NCBI GenBank assembly: GCA_963810935.1
Contig: CAWEPK010000008.1
Span: 416,001-480,000, forward strand
From: an uncultured delta proteobacterium
GTDB lineage: Bacteria; Desulfobacterota; Syntrophorhabdia; Syntrophorhabdales; WCHB1-27
Length of the DNA: 64,000 nucleotides
Direction: 5' to 3'
Shown here in pieces: positions 19,684 through 31,034 of this stretch. Made by a program: the position numbers and the translations under genes. The notes under the pieces are model-generated. The model saw only the letters and a program-made list of their open reading frames with translations, made no database searches and was not told where the DNA came from. Position 1 is the stretch's first letter. Each line of letters begins with the position of its first letter.

Positions 19684-21217
19684 CCCTGATATCCCGCAGC
19701 GCCCCGCCAAGCCCCGAGATGAGATCGCCAGCAAGCATATCCATGTCGGTGGCCCCCGCCGCATACGTGTCCGCAATATAACCGTGCAGATAGGCGGCGA
19801 AAAAGGCGGCTTCGGTCAAACCGTAGCCCTGGCCGGCGAGCCCGCCCGTAAAGCCGGTCAGCACGTCTCCCGTGCCCCCCTTCGATAAAGCGGGGTTGCC
19901 CGTCGGGTTCATAAAAGCCTCGCCCTCCGGCGAGAAGGTAATAGTCGGCGCGCCCTTGAGGACCAGGCAGACACCGTACCTGGACGCGAAGCTCCGTCCC
20001 ATCTCCAGCCTGTCCGCATTAACCTCACCGGGAGTCTTGCCGACCAGGCGGCCGAACTCTCCCGGATGGGGCGTAAGGACAACCCTGCTTTTGCGCTTCT
20101 TCAAAAGGTCGAGGTGACCTTCGAATGCGCCTACCCCGTCGGCGTCGATCACGAAGGTGCTGTCCAGCTCGCGATACAGCCGCCTCACCGCCTCCATGGT
20201 CTCTGGGTGCCTGCCGAGGCCCGGCCCCATCACGACCACGTCCCTTTCCGCAACGAACTCCCTGACCGCGTCATAAGACGCAAGCGAAAGAAAACCGACG
20301 CCCGCGTCATCATAGGGGAACGTCATCGCCTCGGTCAGCTTCGTGGCGAGGATGGCGTTAAGGCTGGCAGGAATGACGAGCGTCACCAGGCCCGCGCCTA
20401 TCTTCAAAGCTGCAAGGGACGTCATCGCGGCAGCGCCCGTTTTGCCTGCCGAGCCTGCAACCACGGCCACGTTCCCGAACATCCCCTTATGCGCATCAGT
20501 CGGGCGCGGCCGGAAAAGGCCGCGGAGCATGGGGCCGTCGACAAGACGGGCTTCGTACCCGAGCGCGCCTTGTGCGCCTTGCGGCAGCGAGATATCGACT
20601 ACGGTGAGCTTTCCCCTGTATTCGACGCCGGGATGAAGTAGCTGCCCCAGCTTTGCATGACCGTAAGTGTAGGTATGGACTGCCCGGACTGCGCGCCCCA
20701 GCGGGACGCCCCGCAGGCCGTCGAGGCCGGACGGGATATCGACCGCAATCACGGTTTTGCCCGACCGGTTCAGCCCGTCGATTACCGCACGCTCCAGGCC
20801 GCCCACGTTTTTCGAAAGGCCGGTGCCGAATATGGCGTCGACTATCAGGTGGGCTTCCATTATGCCCGCAAGCACGGCCGCCGGCTTATGCGCTGCAACA
20901 ACGGCGCCCCCCATCGATTCGTATAGCTTCATGTTCGTGAGGGCGTCACCCTTGAGGGAGCCTGCATCCGCGAGGAGAAAAACCTTCGTCTCGAAGCCTT
21001 CCTGCTTTGCGTATCGTGCGATTACGAAGCCGTCTCCCCCGTTGTTGCCGGGACCGCAGATCACGGCGATACGCATGCCCGGCCGCAAATACGACTGCCG
21101 CATAAGCCTGTACGTGGTCCTGCCCGCGTTCTCCATCAGGACGGCGGACGGTATGCCCCACGTGTTTATCGCGTAGCCGTCATACCTTTTCATCCTTTCG
21201 GGAGAGAGCACTATCAT
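19646..21217 (-). CDS. nnr: Bifunctional NAD(P)H-hydrate epimerase/dehydratase
   Basis: LMENAG, GPGNNGGDG, DIPSG, HKG.FG, LTPHPGEF and GGTGDVL. Confidence 0.95.
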   Translation of the reverse strand: MIVLSPERMKRYDGYAINTWGIPSAVLMENAGRTTYRLMRQSYLRPGMRIAVICGPGNNGGDGFVIARYAKQEGFETKVFLLADAGSLKGDALTNMKLYESMGGAVVAAHKPAAVLAGIMEAHLIVDAIFGTGLSKNVGGLERAVIDGLNRSGKTVIAVDIPSGLDGLRGVPLGRAVRAVHTYTYGHAKLGQLLHPGVEYRGKLTVVDISLPQGAQGALGYEARLVDGPMLRGLFRPRPTDAHKGMFGNVAVVAGSAGKTGAAAMTSLAALKIGAGLVTLVIPASLNAILATKLTEAMTFPYDDAGVGFLSLASYDAVREFVAERDVVVMGPGLGRHPETMEAVRRLYRELDSTFVIDADGVGAFEGHLDLLKKRKSRVVLTPHPGEFGRLVGKTPGEVNADRLEMGRSFASRYGVCLVLKGAPTITFSPEGEAFMNPTGNPALSKGGTGDVLTGFTGGLAGQGYGLTEAAFFAAYLHGYIADTYAAGATDMDMLAGDLISGLGGALRDIRDGTDRVYIEKSL

Positions 21218-21238
21218 TGTTACCCCTTTAGGGCTTTA

Positions 21239-21559
21239 TCATATCCTGACCACAGATACGGCAAACTGCCGCTCGTGCGATATCGACACCTCTTGGTATT
21301 CCCTGTCCTCGAAGCGTATAAAGGGCCTGCCCCTGTTCCCCGACACGACCTCTATACCCTTCCAGGGGAGCCGCCTGCCCCATGCCTTCATGAACGCCTC
21401 TTTCGCCGCGAACCTGCCGGCGAGAGACTCGGCCCACCTCTTTTTGCGCGCCGCGTACTCGATCTCCGAGTCCGTGAATATCTTGTTGAGGAACCGGTCG
21501 CCGTGCGTATTTCTCGCACGCTCGATCCGCGCCACCTCGATGATGTCTATCCCGATCAC
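21239..21559 (-). CDS. acpS: Holo-ACP synthase
   Basis: GIDIIE, AGRFAAKEA and SISHE. Confidence 0.95.
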   Translation of the reverse strand: MIGIDIIEVARIERARNTHGDRFLNKIFTDSEIEYAARKKRWAESLAGRFAAKEAFMKAWGRRLPWKGIEVVSGNRGRPFIRFEDREYQEVSISHERQFAVSVVRI

Positions 21560-22296
21560 GCGTGACCCCTGCCGGCGTCGGGCGCGCGGACCAGGGCAAC
21601 CATGTCCCTGACCGCCTGATCCAGACCGGCGAAGATCGCCCTGGCGATAATGCTGTGGCCTATGGAAAGCTCGTCGATATAGGGTATCGCGGCTACGGCC
21701 CGCACGTTGTCGTAGTGGAGTCCGTGGCCCGCGTTCACTCCCATGCCGGCCTCTTTGCCCATACGCGCGGCGGATATGACCCGCGCAAGCTCCGCCTGCT
21801 TCACCTGGCCGGCAGGCGCATCCGCGAAGTGTCCCGTGTGTATCTCTATCATATCGGCGCGTACGGATTTGGCAGCCTTCACCTGGGCCTCGTCCGCGTC
21901 GATGAAAAGGCTCACGGCTACGCCTTTTTCCCGGAGTTTCGAAATTACGCCCGCTATCCTGTCCGTGTTGCCCGCTACCTCCAGGCCGCCCTCCGTTGTC
22001 AGCTCCTGCCTTTTTTCCGGCACCAGCGTCACCATGTACGGCAGGACTTCAGCCGCGATCCCGACCATCTCGTCCGTGGCCGCCATCTCCAGGTTGAGCC
22101 GCGTTTTTATGACCTCTTTGAGCAGGCGCACGTCCCTGTCTTTAATGTGCCGCCTGTCTTCCCGGAGATGCACGATGATCCCCGCCGCCCCTGCCTCTTC
22201 CGCAATGCAGGCGGCATAGACGGGGTCCGGATAGGAGACGCCGCGCGCCTCCCTTAGAGTCGCAACGTGATCGATATTTACCATAAGCTCCGGCAT
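21556..22296 (-). CDS. pdxJ: Pyridoxine 5'-phosphate synthase
   Basis: VNIDHVATLR, HLREDRRHI, TTEGGL and AGHGL. Confidence 0.97.
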   Translation of the reverse strand: MPELMVNIDHVATLREARGVSYPDPVYAACIAEEAGAAGIIVHLREDRRHIKDRDVRLLKEVIKTRLNLEMAATDEMVGIAAEVLPYMVTLVPEKRQELTTEGGLEVAGNTDRIAGVISKLREKGVAVSLFIDADEAQVKAAKSVRADMIEIHTGHFADAPAGQVKQAELARVISAARMGKEAGMGVNAGHGLHYDNVRAVAAIPYIDELSIGHSIIARAIFAGLDQAVRDMVALVRAPDAGRGHA

Positions 22297-22431
22297 CGTT
22301 ATCCCTTCAACTATTATTGGGGCTGGCAGACGTCGCCCCCTCCACCGGCAAAGCCGCGACCCTTCCCTCCTTACGTCGGGCGGGTACCCCGGCCTCCCCC
22401 TCAAAGACTCGCTTACGCTCGTGGCTTGGAT

Positions 22432-22453
22432 ACCCTGCTGCTAGCAGCAGGGT
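22432..22453. repeat. Perfect 22-bp palindrome in the cdaR-pdxJ spacer
   Basis: ACCCTGCTGCT|AGCAGCAGGGT. Confidence 0.8.
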
Positions 22454-22462
22454 CATTTATTC

Positions 22463-23116
22463 CTAGCTTCCGACCTTCCTCAGCACAACCCTTGCCGTCT
22501 CGGGTACGACCCTCCTCGCCTCCAGCGATTTTGCATCGAGAGGGATGATGAGGGTTTCCTGCTGGCGCGTGAAATTGCCGCTGACCGGGGCCGTTTCCAG
22601 GACGTCCTTTTTCTGAAGCGACTCCCTGGGGCCTTCCACATAGACATACGCCGGGCGGCAGGAGGCGACCTCATAGGCGCCTTGCCACTTCTTATCCAAT
22701 ATTACTACAACGCGCATGCGCTTTTCCACTATCTTGTCCACCTCGACCACTACGTAGTCGGGCTTGGTATCCTCTACTTTCAGGCCCGGCGGGACGATCA
22801 CGTCCCCTTTCCCGATGCTGAAGACGTGGCGGCCTTCTTTCGCCCTGGAAAGGTTTATGGGCACCCTTATCTCTTCCGCCCTTACGTTTTTCAGGATCGA
22901 TGGAGACCCGTTTACCGTTACGAGAATGTTCCTTATCTCCGCTTCCCTGATGATCTCGCCCTTCTCCACATTATAAAAGGAGACGGGCACCATGAAACCC
23001 ATCTTCGACTCCCCCATGTACGTTGTGGAGAACCAGAGAACGACGGCAAGCACCAGCGCAAGCGCCTTAAGCCTGAAATCGTTGAAAATGAATTTTCGTA
23101 CGAAGCCCATGATCAA
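22463..23116 (-). CDS. YbbR/CdaR-like regulator of diadenylate cyclase
   Basis: N-terminal TM (KALALVLAVVLWF), YbbR-like repeats (V.V.GP) and position directly after cdaA. Confidence 0.8.
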   Translation of the reverse strand: MIMGFVRKFIFNDFRLKALALVLAVVLWFSTTYMGESKMGFMVPVSFYNVEKGEIIREAEIRNILVTVNGSPSILKNVRAEEIRVPINLSRAKEGRHVFSIGKGDVIVPPGLKVEDTKPDYVVVEVDKIVEKRMRVVVILDKKWQGAYEVASCRPAYVYVEGPRESLQKKDVLETAPVSGNFTRQQETLIIPLDAKSLEARRVVPETARVVLRKVGS

Positions 23117-23134
23117 AAACCGCCTTCCCGTGCC

Positions 23135-23899
23135 TTAGCCGCCGGAGACCGCCTCCCGGCCGAGCAGCAGGGACTTGAGCGCTTTCCTTAGCACCTCGGG
23201 GCTTGCGTTCCTCGTGATCGCGCCCGCTGCGCCATATGAGATCTGGCCCGTCTCTTCGGAGACGACCACCGAGACCGCGTCCGCCACTTCCGTGATGCCG
23301 ACAGCCGCGCGGTGCCTGGTCCCGAAATCCTTGTCGAGGGTCTCCACCGTCGAGAGCGGAAGGACACAGCTTGCCGCCCTTATCCGCCCGTCCTTTATTA
23401 CGACTGCGCCGTCGTGGAGCGGCGAGGTCGTCTGGAAGACGCTTATCAGAAGCTCGGCGTTGACGTCCGCGTCTATCTTCACGCCGCCTTCCAGGAATTC
23501 ATCTAGCCCCACTTCACGCTCCAGGACGATCAGCGCGCCGGTCTTCTTCTTGCCCATGATCGTGCACGCGTTGACGAGCTCGTCATAAAAGAGCGTCTCT
23601 TGCACATAGGAGATCTTGCGGAAGAACGGGCTCCTGCCCAGCACGAAAAGCATGTGCCTGATTTCGTTCTGGAAGATAACGACGATCACGAGCACGATGG
23701 ACGTCACGAAGCTGTTGAGCATGAAGCCAAGGGTAAAAAGCTCCAGCTTCTTCGACAGGTAAAAGGCCGAAAACACCATGATGATGCCGACCGTTAGCTG
23801 GAGCGCCTTGGTGCCCTTAATCAGAAGAAGGATGCGGTAGATGATGTACGCGACGATCAATACGTCGAGGACGTCCTGCCACCTGACGGCGTGCGTCAT
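23135..23899 (-). CDS. cdaA: Diadenylate cyclase CdaA
   Basis: Three TM segments, GALIV, SPLHDGAV, GTRHRAA and SEETG. Confidence 0.95.
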   Translation of the reverse strand: MTHAVRWQDVLDVLIVAYIIYRILLLIKGTKALQLTVGIIMVFSAFYLSKKLELFTLGFMLNSFVTSIVLVIVVIFQNEIRHMLFVLGRSPFFRKISYVQETLFYDELVNACTIMGKKKTGALIVLEREVGLDEFLEGGVKIDADVNAELLISVFQTTSPLHDGAVVIKDGRIRAASCVLPLSTVETLDKDFGTRHRAAVGITEVADAVSVVVSEETGQISYGAAGAITRNASPEVLRKALKSLLLGREAVSGG

Positions 23900-23902
23900 G
23901 GC

Positions 23903-24736
23903 CTATTCCCCATCCGGGAGCGCCATGAGGGCCTGCATGAACTTCATGACCCTCCGCGTCCCCGCCACGTCGTGTACCCTCACGATGTCTGCCCCGTTCC
24001 AGACCGATATAGCCGCGCTCGCCAGCGCGACCTCGGCCCTGTCTTCAAGGGCGGTCGACCCCAGTATGCGGCCGATAAAGGACTTCATAGACGTGCCGAT
24101 AAGCACCGGCTTTCCCAATGTCTTGAGCCGGGGAATCTCTTTTATGAGGGCCAGGTTGTCCTCCAGCCTTTTGCCGAAGCCTATGCCCGGGTCCACCACT
24201 ATATTATCCTCGTCTATGCCGTTTTCTACGGCAAAACGTATCCTCTCGGCCAGAAAATCCATAACCTCGGCCACTACGTTCTCATACGACGGGCTCACCT
24301 GCATGTCTCTGGGCGTCCCTTTAATGTGCATCAGGATTATGGGCGCCCGCGCCTTCGCCACTACGCCCGGCATGGCGGGGTCGAAGGAAAGTGAGGAGAT
24401 GTCGTTCACCATGTCCGCGCCTGCGCCCAGCGCGGCAGCCGCGATGGGCGCCTTGTAAGTGTCTATGGAGATCGGGATATCCGATTTCTTTCTGATGGAG
24501 GCGATCACCGGGACGATCCGCCGCAGCTCTTCTTTCTCGGGCGTGGGCTCGGAAAAAGGCTTGGTCGTCTCGCCCCCGATGTCGAGGATGTCGACACCCT
24601 CCTCTATCATACGGAAGGCGCGCTCTATCGCTTTGTCTTGTGTGAAGTATGCCCCGCCGTCGTAGAAGGAATCGGGCGTCACGTTCAGGATGCCCATTAC
24701 GAGAGGTTTAGCCTTGAACCGTTTCTCCCAGGCCAT
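23903..24736 (-). CDS. folP: Dihydropteroate synthase
   Basis: [25 protein letters not shown] and VRVHDV. Confidence 0.96.
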   Translation of the reverse strand: MAWEKRFKAKPLVMGILNVTPDSFYDGGAYFTQDKAIERAFRMIEEGVDILDIGGETTKPFSEPTPEKEELRRIVPVIASIRKKSDIPISIDTYKAPIAAAALGAGADMVNDISSLSFDPAMPGVVAKARAPIILMHIKGTPRDMQVSPSYENVVAEVMDFLAERIRFAVENGIDEDNIVVDPGIGFGKRLEDNLALIKEIPRLKTLGKPVLIGTSMKSFIGRILGSTALEDRAEVALASAAISVWNGADIVRVHDVAGTRRVMKFMQALMALPDGE

Positions 24737-26540
24737 TGGTCCTTTCCTTCATGATGTCGTCTATCTCCTGCCCGTCGAGCACTTCCCGGTCGAGAAGGGC
24801 GGTGGCGATGGCGTGCAGGGCATCGATATTCTTCAGAAGGATGGCCTTCGCCTTCTCGAAGCATTCCGATACGATGCTCTTAAGCTCCGAGTCGATATCG
24901 TTCGCAGTCTTCTCGCTGAAATCCCTCTGCCTCATCATCTCTTTGCCGAGGAAGACCGGTTCCTCTTTCTTGCCGTAATTGAGGGGGCCGAGTCTTTCGC
25001 TCATGCCCCATTCGCAGATCATCTTCCTGGCGATCTCGGTGGCCCGCTCTATGTCGTTGCCTGCCCCTGTCGTCTGGTGGTTGAGGACAATCTCCTCCGC
25101 GGCCCTTCCGCCGAGAAGGATGGTGACGTTGTCGGTAAGGAATTCCTTGGAATAGGTGTGCCTTTCATCGATAGGCAACTGCTGCGTTATGCCGAGCGCG
25201 CGGCCCCTCGGGATGATCGTAACCTTGTGGATGGGGTCCGAGTTCGGCGTCATCTTGGCAACGAGCGCATGCCCCGCCTCGTGGTAGGCCGCGTTTCTCC
25301 TCTCCGGATAGGGTATTATCATGCTGCGCCTCTCGACGCCCATGAGCACCTTATCCTTCGCCTCCTCCAGGTCTGCGATCTCGATTTCTTTCTTGTTTTG
25401 CCTGGCCGCGATCAGGGCGGCTTCGTTGACAAGGTTGGCCAGATCGGCCCCCGAAAAACCGGGCGTTCCCCGGGCGATCACGGAAAGGTCGATCGACTGG
25501 GCCAGCACGGTCTTCCTCGTGTGAACGCCGAGTATCTCTTCCCTCCCCTTCACGTCGGGGATGGGCACCACTATCTGCCTGTCGAACCGGCCGGGCCGCA
25601 GCAGCGCGGGGTCGAGCACGTCGGGCCTGTTCGTGGCGGAAATGACGATAACGCCCCCGTTCGACTCGAAGCCGTCCATCTCGACGAGCAACTGGTTGAG
25701 GGTCTGCTCCCTCTCGTCATGCCCGCCGCCGAGGCCCGCGCCCCTATGCCTGCCGACCGCGTCGATCTCGTCGATGAAGATGATGCAGGGTGCGTTTTTC
25801 TTGCCCTGGTTGAACAGGTCGCGGACGCGGGAAGCGCCCACGCCGACGAACATCTCGACAAAATCGGAACCGCTGATGCTGAAGAAGGGCACGTTCGCTT
25901 CGCCCGCTATTGCCCTGGCAAGGAGCGTCTTGCCCGTGCCGGGCTGCCCGACGAGCAATACGCCCTTCGGTATCCTGCCGCCCAGTTTCGTAAACCTCTT
26001 GGCATCCTTGAGGAATTCGATAATCTCTTCCAGCTCTATCTTCGCCTCTTCGATGCCGGCCACGTCCTGGAAGGTGACCTTATTGTCCCTCCCGTTGGCC
26101 ATGCGCGCCCTGCTCTTGCCGAAGGCTAAGGCCTTGCCTCCTCCTGCCTGCATCTGGCGCATGAAAAATATCCAAACGCCTATCAGTAGGAGCATGGGGA
26201 ACCAGGAGACAAAGATCGACTGCCAGATACCCGAGTCATCGTCGGGCTTCGCCTGTACCCTTACCCTGTGCTGCCGCATAAGCTTCATCAGCTCCGGGTC
26301 GTCGGCCGCAAACGTCTTGAAGTCACGCCCGTCCTTCAGGACACCGTTGATGTTCTTGCCCTGGATGGTGACGGACGTTACCTGGTCGGCTGCCACGGAG
26401 TCTACGAAATCGCTGAAAGCGACCGACTCCAACTGCTTCCTCGGCTTGTGATAAATGTTGAAAAGGAACAGGATAAGCAGGATAATAAAAAGCCAGATGA
26501 ATACGCCTTTATTGAAAGGATTGACACTCTTGTTTTTCAT
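24708..26540 (-). CDS. ftsH: ATP-dependent zinc metalloprotease FtsH
   Basis: Two TM segments, [26 protein letters not shown] and HEAGH. Confidence 0.98.
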   Translation of the reverse strand: MKNKSVNPFNKGVFIWLFIILLILFLFNIYHKPRKQLESVAFSDFVDSVAADQVTSVTIQGKNINGVLKDGRDFKTFAADDPELMKLMRQHRVRVQAKPDDDSGIWQSIFVSWFPMLLLIGVWIFFMRQMQAGGGKALAFGKSRARMANGRDNKVTFQDVAGIEEAKIELEEIIEFLKDAKRFTKLGGRIPKGVLLVGQPGTGKTLLARAIAGEANVPFFSISGSDFVEMFVGVGASRVRDLFNQGKKNAPCIIFIDEIDAVGRHRGAGLGGGHDEREQTLNQLLVEMDGFESNGGVIVISATNRPDVLDPALLRPGRFDRQIVVPIPDVKGREEILGVHTRKTVLAQSIDLSVIARGTPGFSGADLANLVNEAALIAARQNKKEIEIADLEEAKDKVLMGVERRSMIIPYPERRNAAYHEAGHALVAKMTPNSDPIHKVTIIPRGRALGITQQLPIDERHTYSKEFLTDNVTILLGGRAAEEIVLNHQTTGAGNDIERATEIARKMICEWGMSERLGPLNYGKKEEPVFLGKEMMRQRDFSEKTANDIDSELKSIVSECFEKAKAILLKNIDALHAIATALLDREVLDGQEIDDIMKERTNGLGETVQG

Positions 26541-26603
26541 GACAAGGAGTTTTAACATAAAATCCGTTTGTTTTCAACAGCCTCAACGGGAGGAGCGCGG
26601 CCA

Positions 26604-27455
26604 ATGACGGGGGAATCGGGCGTAAAAAGAGTGCTCGGCATAGTCTGCTCGCAGAGGAAGCTCGGCAACTGCGAGCTATTTATAAAGGAGACGGCGAGGC
26701 ACGTACCCGGCGGGTGCGACCTGTCCCTGGTCCGGCTGCCGGCCATCGATATCAGGCCCTGCAAGGGCTGCTACCGGTGCCTCGACGAGGGGATTTGCCC
26801 CATCGAAGACGACGTTCCCTTTCTGAAACGCCTCATAGCGGAAGCCGATGCCCTTATCATTGCGTCGCCGGTCTATTTTCTCGGCGAATACGGCAGCGTC
26901 AAGATGCTCCTCGACCGGGCCTTCTCATTCTTCTCCATTATGGAGCATACGCGCGGCAAGCCCGCCATACTCGCGGCCACTTACGGTCTGCAGGACAGAA
27001 TAGGCACGGCGCCCCAACACCTCCTTACCCTTGCCGCCTTCCTGGGACTCTCCGTAAAGGGTGCAGTCACCTTGAAGGCCGCCCTGCCCGGAGACGTCCT
27101 TTTGGGGGGCCACCTTCAGACTGCAGAAAGGCTTGGGCGGGGCCTCTTCGCACCCGCAGCGCCTGAACGCTCCAGGCGCGCCTGCCCGTTCTGCGGCAAC
27201 GATGTGGTGCGCGTCCGGGAGAAGGATTTCATCTGCACCGTCTGCCACGGCTCGTTTGATATCGCCGAAAAAGGCGCAGTCAAGGGGGCGCCGGGCTGGG
27301 ACGTGAGCAATGTTAAGTTCATCGAAGACCACAGGGTCTGGCTGAAAGGAATGAAGGAGCGGTTCCTGGCTGCCAGGAAGGAGATCGTCAAGCTGACCCA
27401 GCCTTACAAAGAAATGGGCCGGTGGGTAGAGCCTGAGGGTGGCAGCAAGGAATAA
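26604..27455 (+). CDS. NADPH-dependent FMN reductase / iron-sulfur flavoprotein family with C-terminal Cys pairs
   Basis: CKGCYRC...C, ASPVYF, and C-terminal CPFC and CTVC. Confidence 0.8.
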   Translation: MTGESGVKRVLGIVCSQRKLGNCELFIKETARHVPGGCDLSLVRLPAIDIRPCKGCYRCLDEGICPIEDDVPFLKRLIAEADALIIASPVYFLGEYGSVKMLLDRAFSFFSIMEHTRGKPAILAATYGLQDRIGTAPQHLLTLAAFLGLSVKGAVTLKAALPGDVLLGGHLQTAERLGRGLFAPAAPERSRRACPFCGNDVVRVREKDFICTVCHGSFDIAEKGAVKGAPGWDVSNVKFIEDHRVWLKGMKERFLAARKEIVKLTQPYKEMGRWVEPEGGSKE

Positions 27456-27556
27456 GCGCCCGGCGGGACGAACCTCCCCTTTGAAAGTTCATGCCTGTAG
27501 CACAATGGGTGATTATAATTGAATCAAACCACTTCTCATTCCAGGGGGGAACTGCA

Positions 27557-28003
27557 ATGTTCAGGGCGCTTCTATCGACGGACGGACGGCTGCCGGCACT
27601 TGTGCTCCGCCTGTTTCTGGCTATAGTCTTCTTCCCGCACGGCGCCCAGAAGGTGTTTAGCTGTCTCGGCGGGCCCGGCCTTGCAGGCTCGATAAACTTA
27701 ATGACGACAAAGCTGCACATACCGCTTGCCTTCGCCATTTTAGCCATCGCGGCGGAATTCCTGGGCCCTATCGGCCTTTTTTTCGGCTTCCTCACGAGGG
27801 TCGCGGCCTTCGGCATAGCGGTCGAGATGGCTGTCGCCATTTTCCTCGTGCACCTGAAGTTCGGCTTTTTCATGAACTGGTTCGGCCAGAAGGCAGGGGA
27901 AGGCATCGAATATCACCTGCTCCTGATAGGCATGTCGATAGCCCTCATGATCGCGGGAGGGGGGACGCTGTCAATCGACCGGGCCATCACCCGTAAGAGA
28001 TAG
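27557..28003 (+). CDS. DoxX family membrane protein
   Basis: HGAQK, GFLTRVAA and GIEYHL. Confidence 0.9.
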   Translation: MFRALLSTDGRLPALVLRLFLAIVFFPHGAQKVFSCLGGPGLAGSINLMTTKLHIPLAFAILAIAAEFLGPIGLFFGFLTRVAAFGIAVEMAVAIFLVHLKFGFFMNWFGQKAGEGIEYHLLLIGMSIALMIAGGGTLSIDRAITRKR

Positions 28004-28026
28004 GCGCTGGTCAAATATCTGGTCGC

Positions 28027-28617
28027 TTATTTTATGGGGACAATCGCGAATATAAAGGCCGACCACAGCGAATGGGAAACGATCTGCACGAGCAAATCGC
28101 GCCGCCAGGCGTAGAGCGCTCCCCAGAAGGCGCCTGCGAGGAGCGCAGCGACGACGAGCACCAGGTTGCCCGAGAACAGATGCACGGCAGCGTAAACGGC
28201 CGTGGCTGCCGCGTAGCCCCGGACGGTCCCCCAGCGCTCCATCATCCTTGATTGCAGGAAGCCTCGCCAGAAGATCTCCTCGCCCGGTCCGGTCACGAAA
28301 AGCAGCAGCAGGCAGATGAGGACCCTGCTCGTCCCGCCGCCGAGGCCGTAAATGCCGCCCACCTGGGCCGGCGCCTCGCGCAACACAAGCGGGGCAAGGG
28401 TGTTGGCGAGAAAGAAAAGGAGATAGAGCACGGCAGCGGAAAGGACGCCAAGGACAACCGATTTAACACGAAAAGCGATCACAGGCCGCTGCCACAAAAG
28501 CGAGTAAATGGTAACAATGACAACGGACAGGCCTATTTTCTCCCAGAAATTACCCCATGCCCAGCCGAAGGTAAAGCACCAGCAGGCAAAGGCGAGAATG
28601 ACGCCGCCTGCAATCAC
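28027..28617 (-). CDS. CPBP family intramembrane metalloprotease
   Basis: EEIFWRG, YAAVH and SHSLW motifs. Confidence 0.9.
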   Translation of the reverse strand: MIAGGVILAFACWCFTFGWAWGNFWEKIGLSVVIVTIYSLLWQRPVIAFRVKSVVLGVLSAAVLYLLFFLANTLAPLVLREAPAQVGGIYGLGGGTSRVLICLLLLFVTGPGEEIFWRGFLQSRMMERWGTVRGYAAATAVYAAVHLFSGNLVLVVAALLAGAFWGALYAWRRDLLVQIVSHSLWSAFIFAIVPIK

Positions 28618-29519
28618 ATAGACACTATTCTATTAATGATGAGACCGGCTACGAGGAGCAGGCCGAAGACCGTGTTGAGCTGTGCGGTGTTCGCGTCCGC
28701 CGCGTCGGGGACTTTCACCGTAAATACCTTCACCAGCTTGAGGGCCTTCGGCAGCGATAGAAGGACCAGCAGCGCCCAGGGGCTCAGCACGCCCGCCACC
28801 ACCATAAGGGCCACGAAGAGGTAGGCAGCGGCGATCATCAGGGCGTACAGGCGGATCGACCGGGCCGCGCCGAGGATAATCCCTATCGTCTTGATGGGCT
28901 GGCGCGAATCGTAATCAATGTCCCTGATGTTGTTGGCAAATAAGACTAGGGCCACCAGGACGCCGAAGGGTATCGACACGGCCAGGGCCTTCAGTGAGAG
29001 TGCCTGGCGCTGCACTGCGTAAGCCCCCTCGAACATCAGCGGCCCCCACATCACGAAGACGAAGACTTCGCCCCATGCCTTGTATTTGAACTTTACCGGC
29101 CCGGCGGTGTAGAAAACGCAGGCGAGAAACCCGGCGATGCCGATCCACAGGACTACAAGGGAGCACTCGAAGGTAAGGATAAGACCTATGACAATGGTAA
29201 TGCCGGCAAGAATCATCCCTTCCGCAAGGACCTGTCCGGGCGTGAACATCCCGCTCAGGATGGGTTGCGGTCTGTAAGCCGCCGTAGGGCAGTCGGGCTG
29301 GTCAACGCCGTAGCGCGTGTCAAAATAGTCGTTCAGCACGTTGGCAGTGGCGTGGAAGCAGACGATACCGATGCAGACAAGGACGAAAGAACCCCAAAGG
29401 ACCGGGCCCTCTTCGGCAGCGAGGATTGTCGCAATGGAGACGGAGATCAGAGACATCGGGAAGGACCACGGCCTAGTTGCGATGAAGGCGTCCTTGATTT
29501 TCTTCACGAGCTTTTCCAC
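28614..29519 (-). CDS. menA: 1,4-dihydroxy-2-naphthoate prenyltransferase (UbiA family)
   Basis: TRPWS, NDYFD, YTAGP..KY..WGE and NNIRDIDYD. Confidence 0.8.
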   Translation of the reverse strand: MEKLVKKIKDAFIATRPWSFPMSLISVSIATILAAEEGPVLWGSFVLVCIGIVCFHATANVLNDYFDTRYGVDQPDCPTAAYRPQPILSGMFTPGQVLAEGMILAGITIVIGLILTFECSLVVLWIGIAGFLACVFYTAGPVKFKYKAWGEVFVFVMWGPLMFEGAYAVQRQALSLKALAVSIPFGVLVALVLFANNIRDIDYDSRQPIKTIGIILGAARSIRLYALMIAAAYLFVALMVVAGVLSPWALLVLLSLPKALKLVKVFTVKVPDAADANTAQLNTVFGLLLVAGLIINRIVSM

Positions 29520-29628
29520 CTTTAGTCCTCCGCGCTTTTATCCGGTTCGCTTTCAGTATCCCCAGGCTATTATTAGACTACTAACGGCCGGACAGGTCAA
29601 GAAGCGGACCCCGCGCAGCATCGATATG

Positions 29629-31000
29629 TCAGGCACGCTTCAGCAATGCAAGCGCCTCGAAATGCGCAGTGTGGGGAAAGAAATCGAAGGGTATGACCTC
29701 CCTGGCCCTGTACGTTCCGCCCAGGCCCTTCAGGTCCCTCGCGAGCGTCGAGGGGTTACAGGAAACATAGGCGATCCTCTCCGGACGGATACGCCGGACC
29801 GCAGCAACGGCATCCGCGCTCATCCCGCTTCTGGGCGGGTCGATCACGAGCAAGTCCGTTTTCCCCGCCGCAAGGCGCGCCGCTCTTTCCGCCATGTCCC
29901 TTATAAAACGGCATCTCTCCGCCCCGTTGACGGCCGCGTTCTCCTGCGCGCAGGTTATGTTGTCTCTGCTCGAATCTACGCCTGTCACGTCTATTTCCGG
30001 GAGCCGCCGGGCCATAAAGACCTCAATGGCCCCTGAACCGCAATAAAGGCCGAGCACGCGGCGCGCACCCATGTCCCGGGCAAAATCGGCGATCCGCTCG
30101 TAGAGCAATGCTGCGGTCATCGGGTTCGGCTGGAAAAACGTCGGCGGGTATATGCGGAAGGAAAGGTCTGAAAGGCGCTCTTCGATTGCGGGCCTGCCCC
30201 AGAGGAGCTTGGTCGCGCCACCGGACGTGGCGTAGACGCTGACGACCTGCGGCAGCTCTTTACCAAGCTTTTCTTCAAGCGGGGCAACTGCGGCTGCCAC
30301 GTCGGAAGCGGCGACGACGTTGAGCATGACTTCGCCCGTGCCCTTCGCCTCCCGGACAACAAGCCGCTTCAGCGCGCCTGCCCCTGTCTCGTCGTTGTAA
30401 GCGGTAAGGCCCGCGTTATGAACGGCTTCCATCACCAGAGGCAGCAACCGGGCAACGATGGGGCTGAAAAGGTCGCAGCCGCCAATCGGTACGATCCGGC
30501 CTGCGTATGGGCTCAAAGGCGAGGACCGCCCGGCGAGCCCTGCGACAAGCCGGCCGCCTTCCTCTCCGAACGACAGACTCTATCTTGCCCCGGTAACAAT
30601 AAGCCTCGACGGACGGGACGATGGGCGAGACCTTTATGACCGACACGTCCTGCCCGCCTATGCGGGCGAGGGACTGGGCGAGGTGGTTCTCCTTGAGCTT
30701 GAGTTGCGCGGCGTAGCTCATAGCCTGGAGGTCGCAGCCGCCGCAGGCGCCGAAGTGCGCACAGCGCGGCGCCTCCCGAAGCAACGATGCCTCCTCGATC
30801 GCGACGACCTCGCCGTAAGCGAACCGCCTTTCTACCCTCACTATCTTCATGTGCACCGTGTCGCCGGTCACGGCCCCTGGGACAAAGACGACGAGCCCTC
30901 CGAGGCGCACTACGCCGTGTCCGGCGGGCAGCGCAACGTCCTGCACAGTCCCGAAGTACTCACCGCCGACCTCGATGCCTTCTATCGCCTTCTCGCTCAT
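29629..31000 (-). CDS. rlmD: 23S rRNA (uracil-5-)-methyltransferase RlmD with a +1 frameshift at about 30577
   Basis: TRAM domain, CAHFGACGGC, FFQPN, YCGSG, DPPRSG and YVSCNP. Removing T from GAGTCTG joins the two ORFs. Confidence 0.9.
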
Positions 31001-31034
31001 CGGATTATTTTATCATGAAAATACCGGCAAACGG

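Noticed and set aside
22297..22462. glmS ribozyme or other known riboswitch
   Set aside because: No AGCGCC...GACGAGG core or other recognisable aptamer, and no glmS downstream.
19222..24736. Gene overlaps of 29-47 nt (tsaE/lysC, nnr/tsaE, ftsH/folP)
   Set aside because: Consistent with ordinary operon compaction; no sign of separate function.
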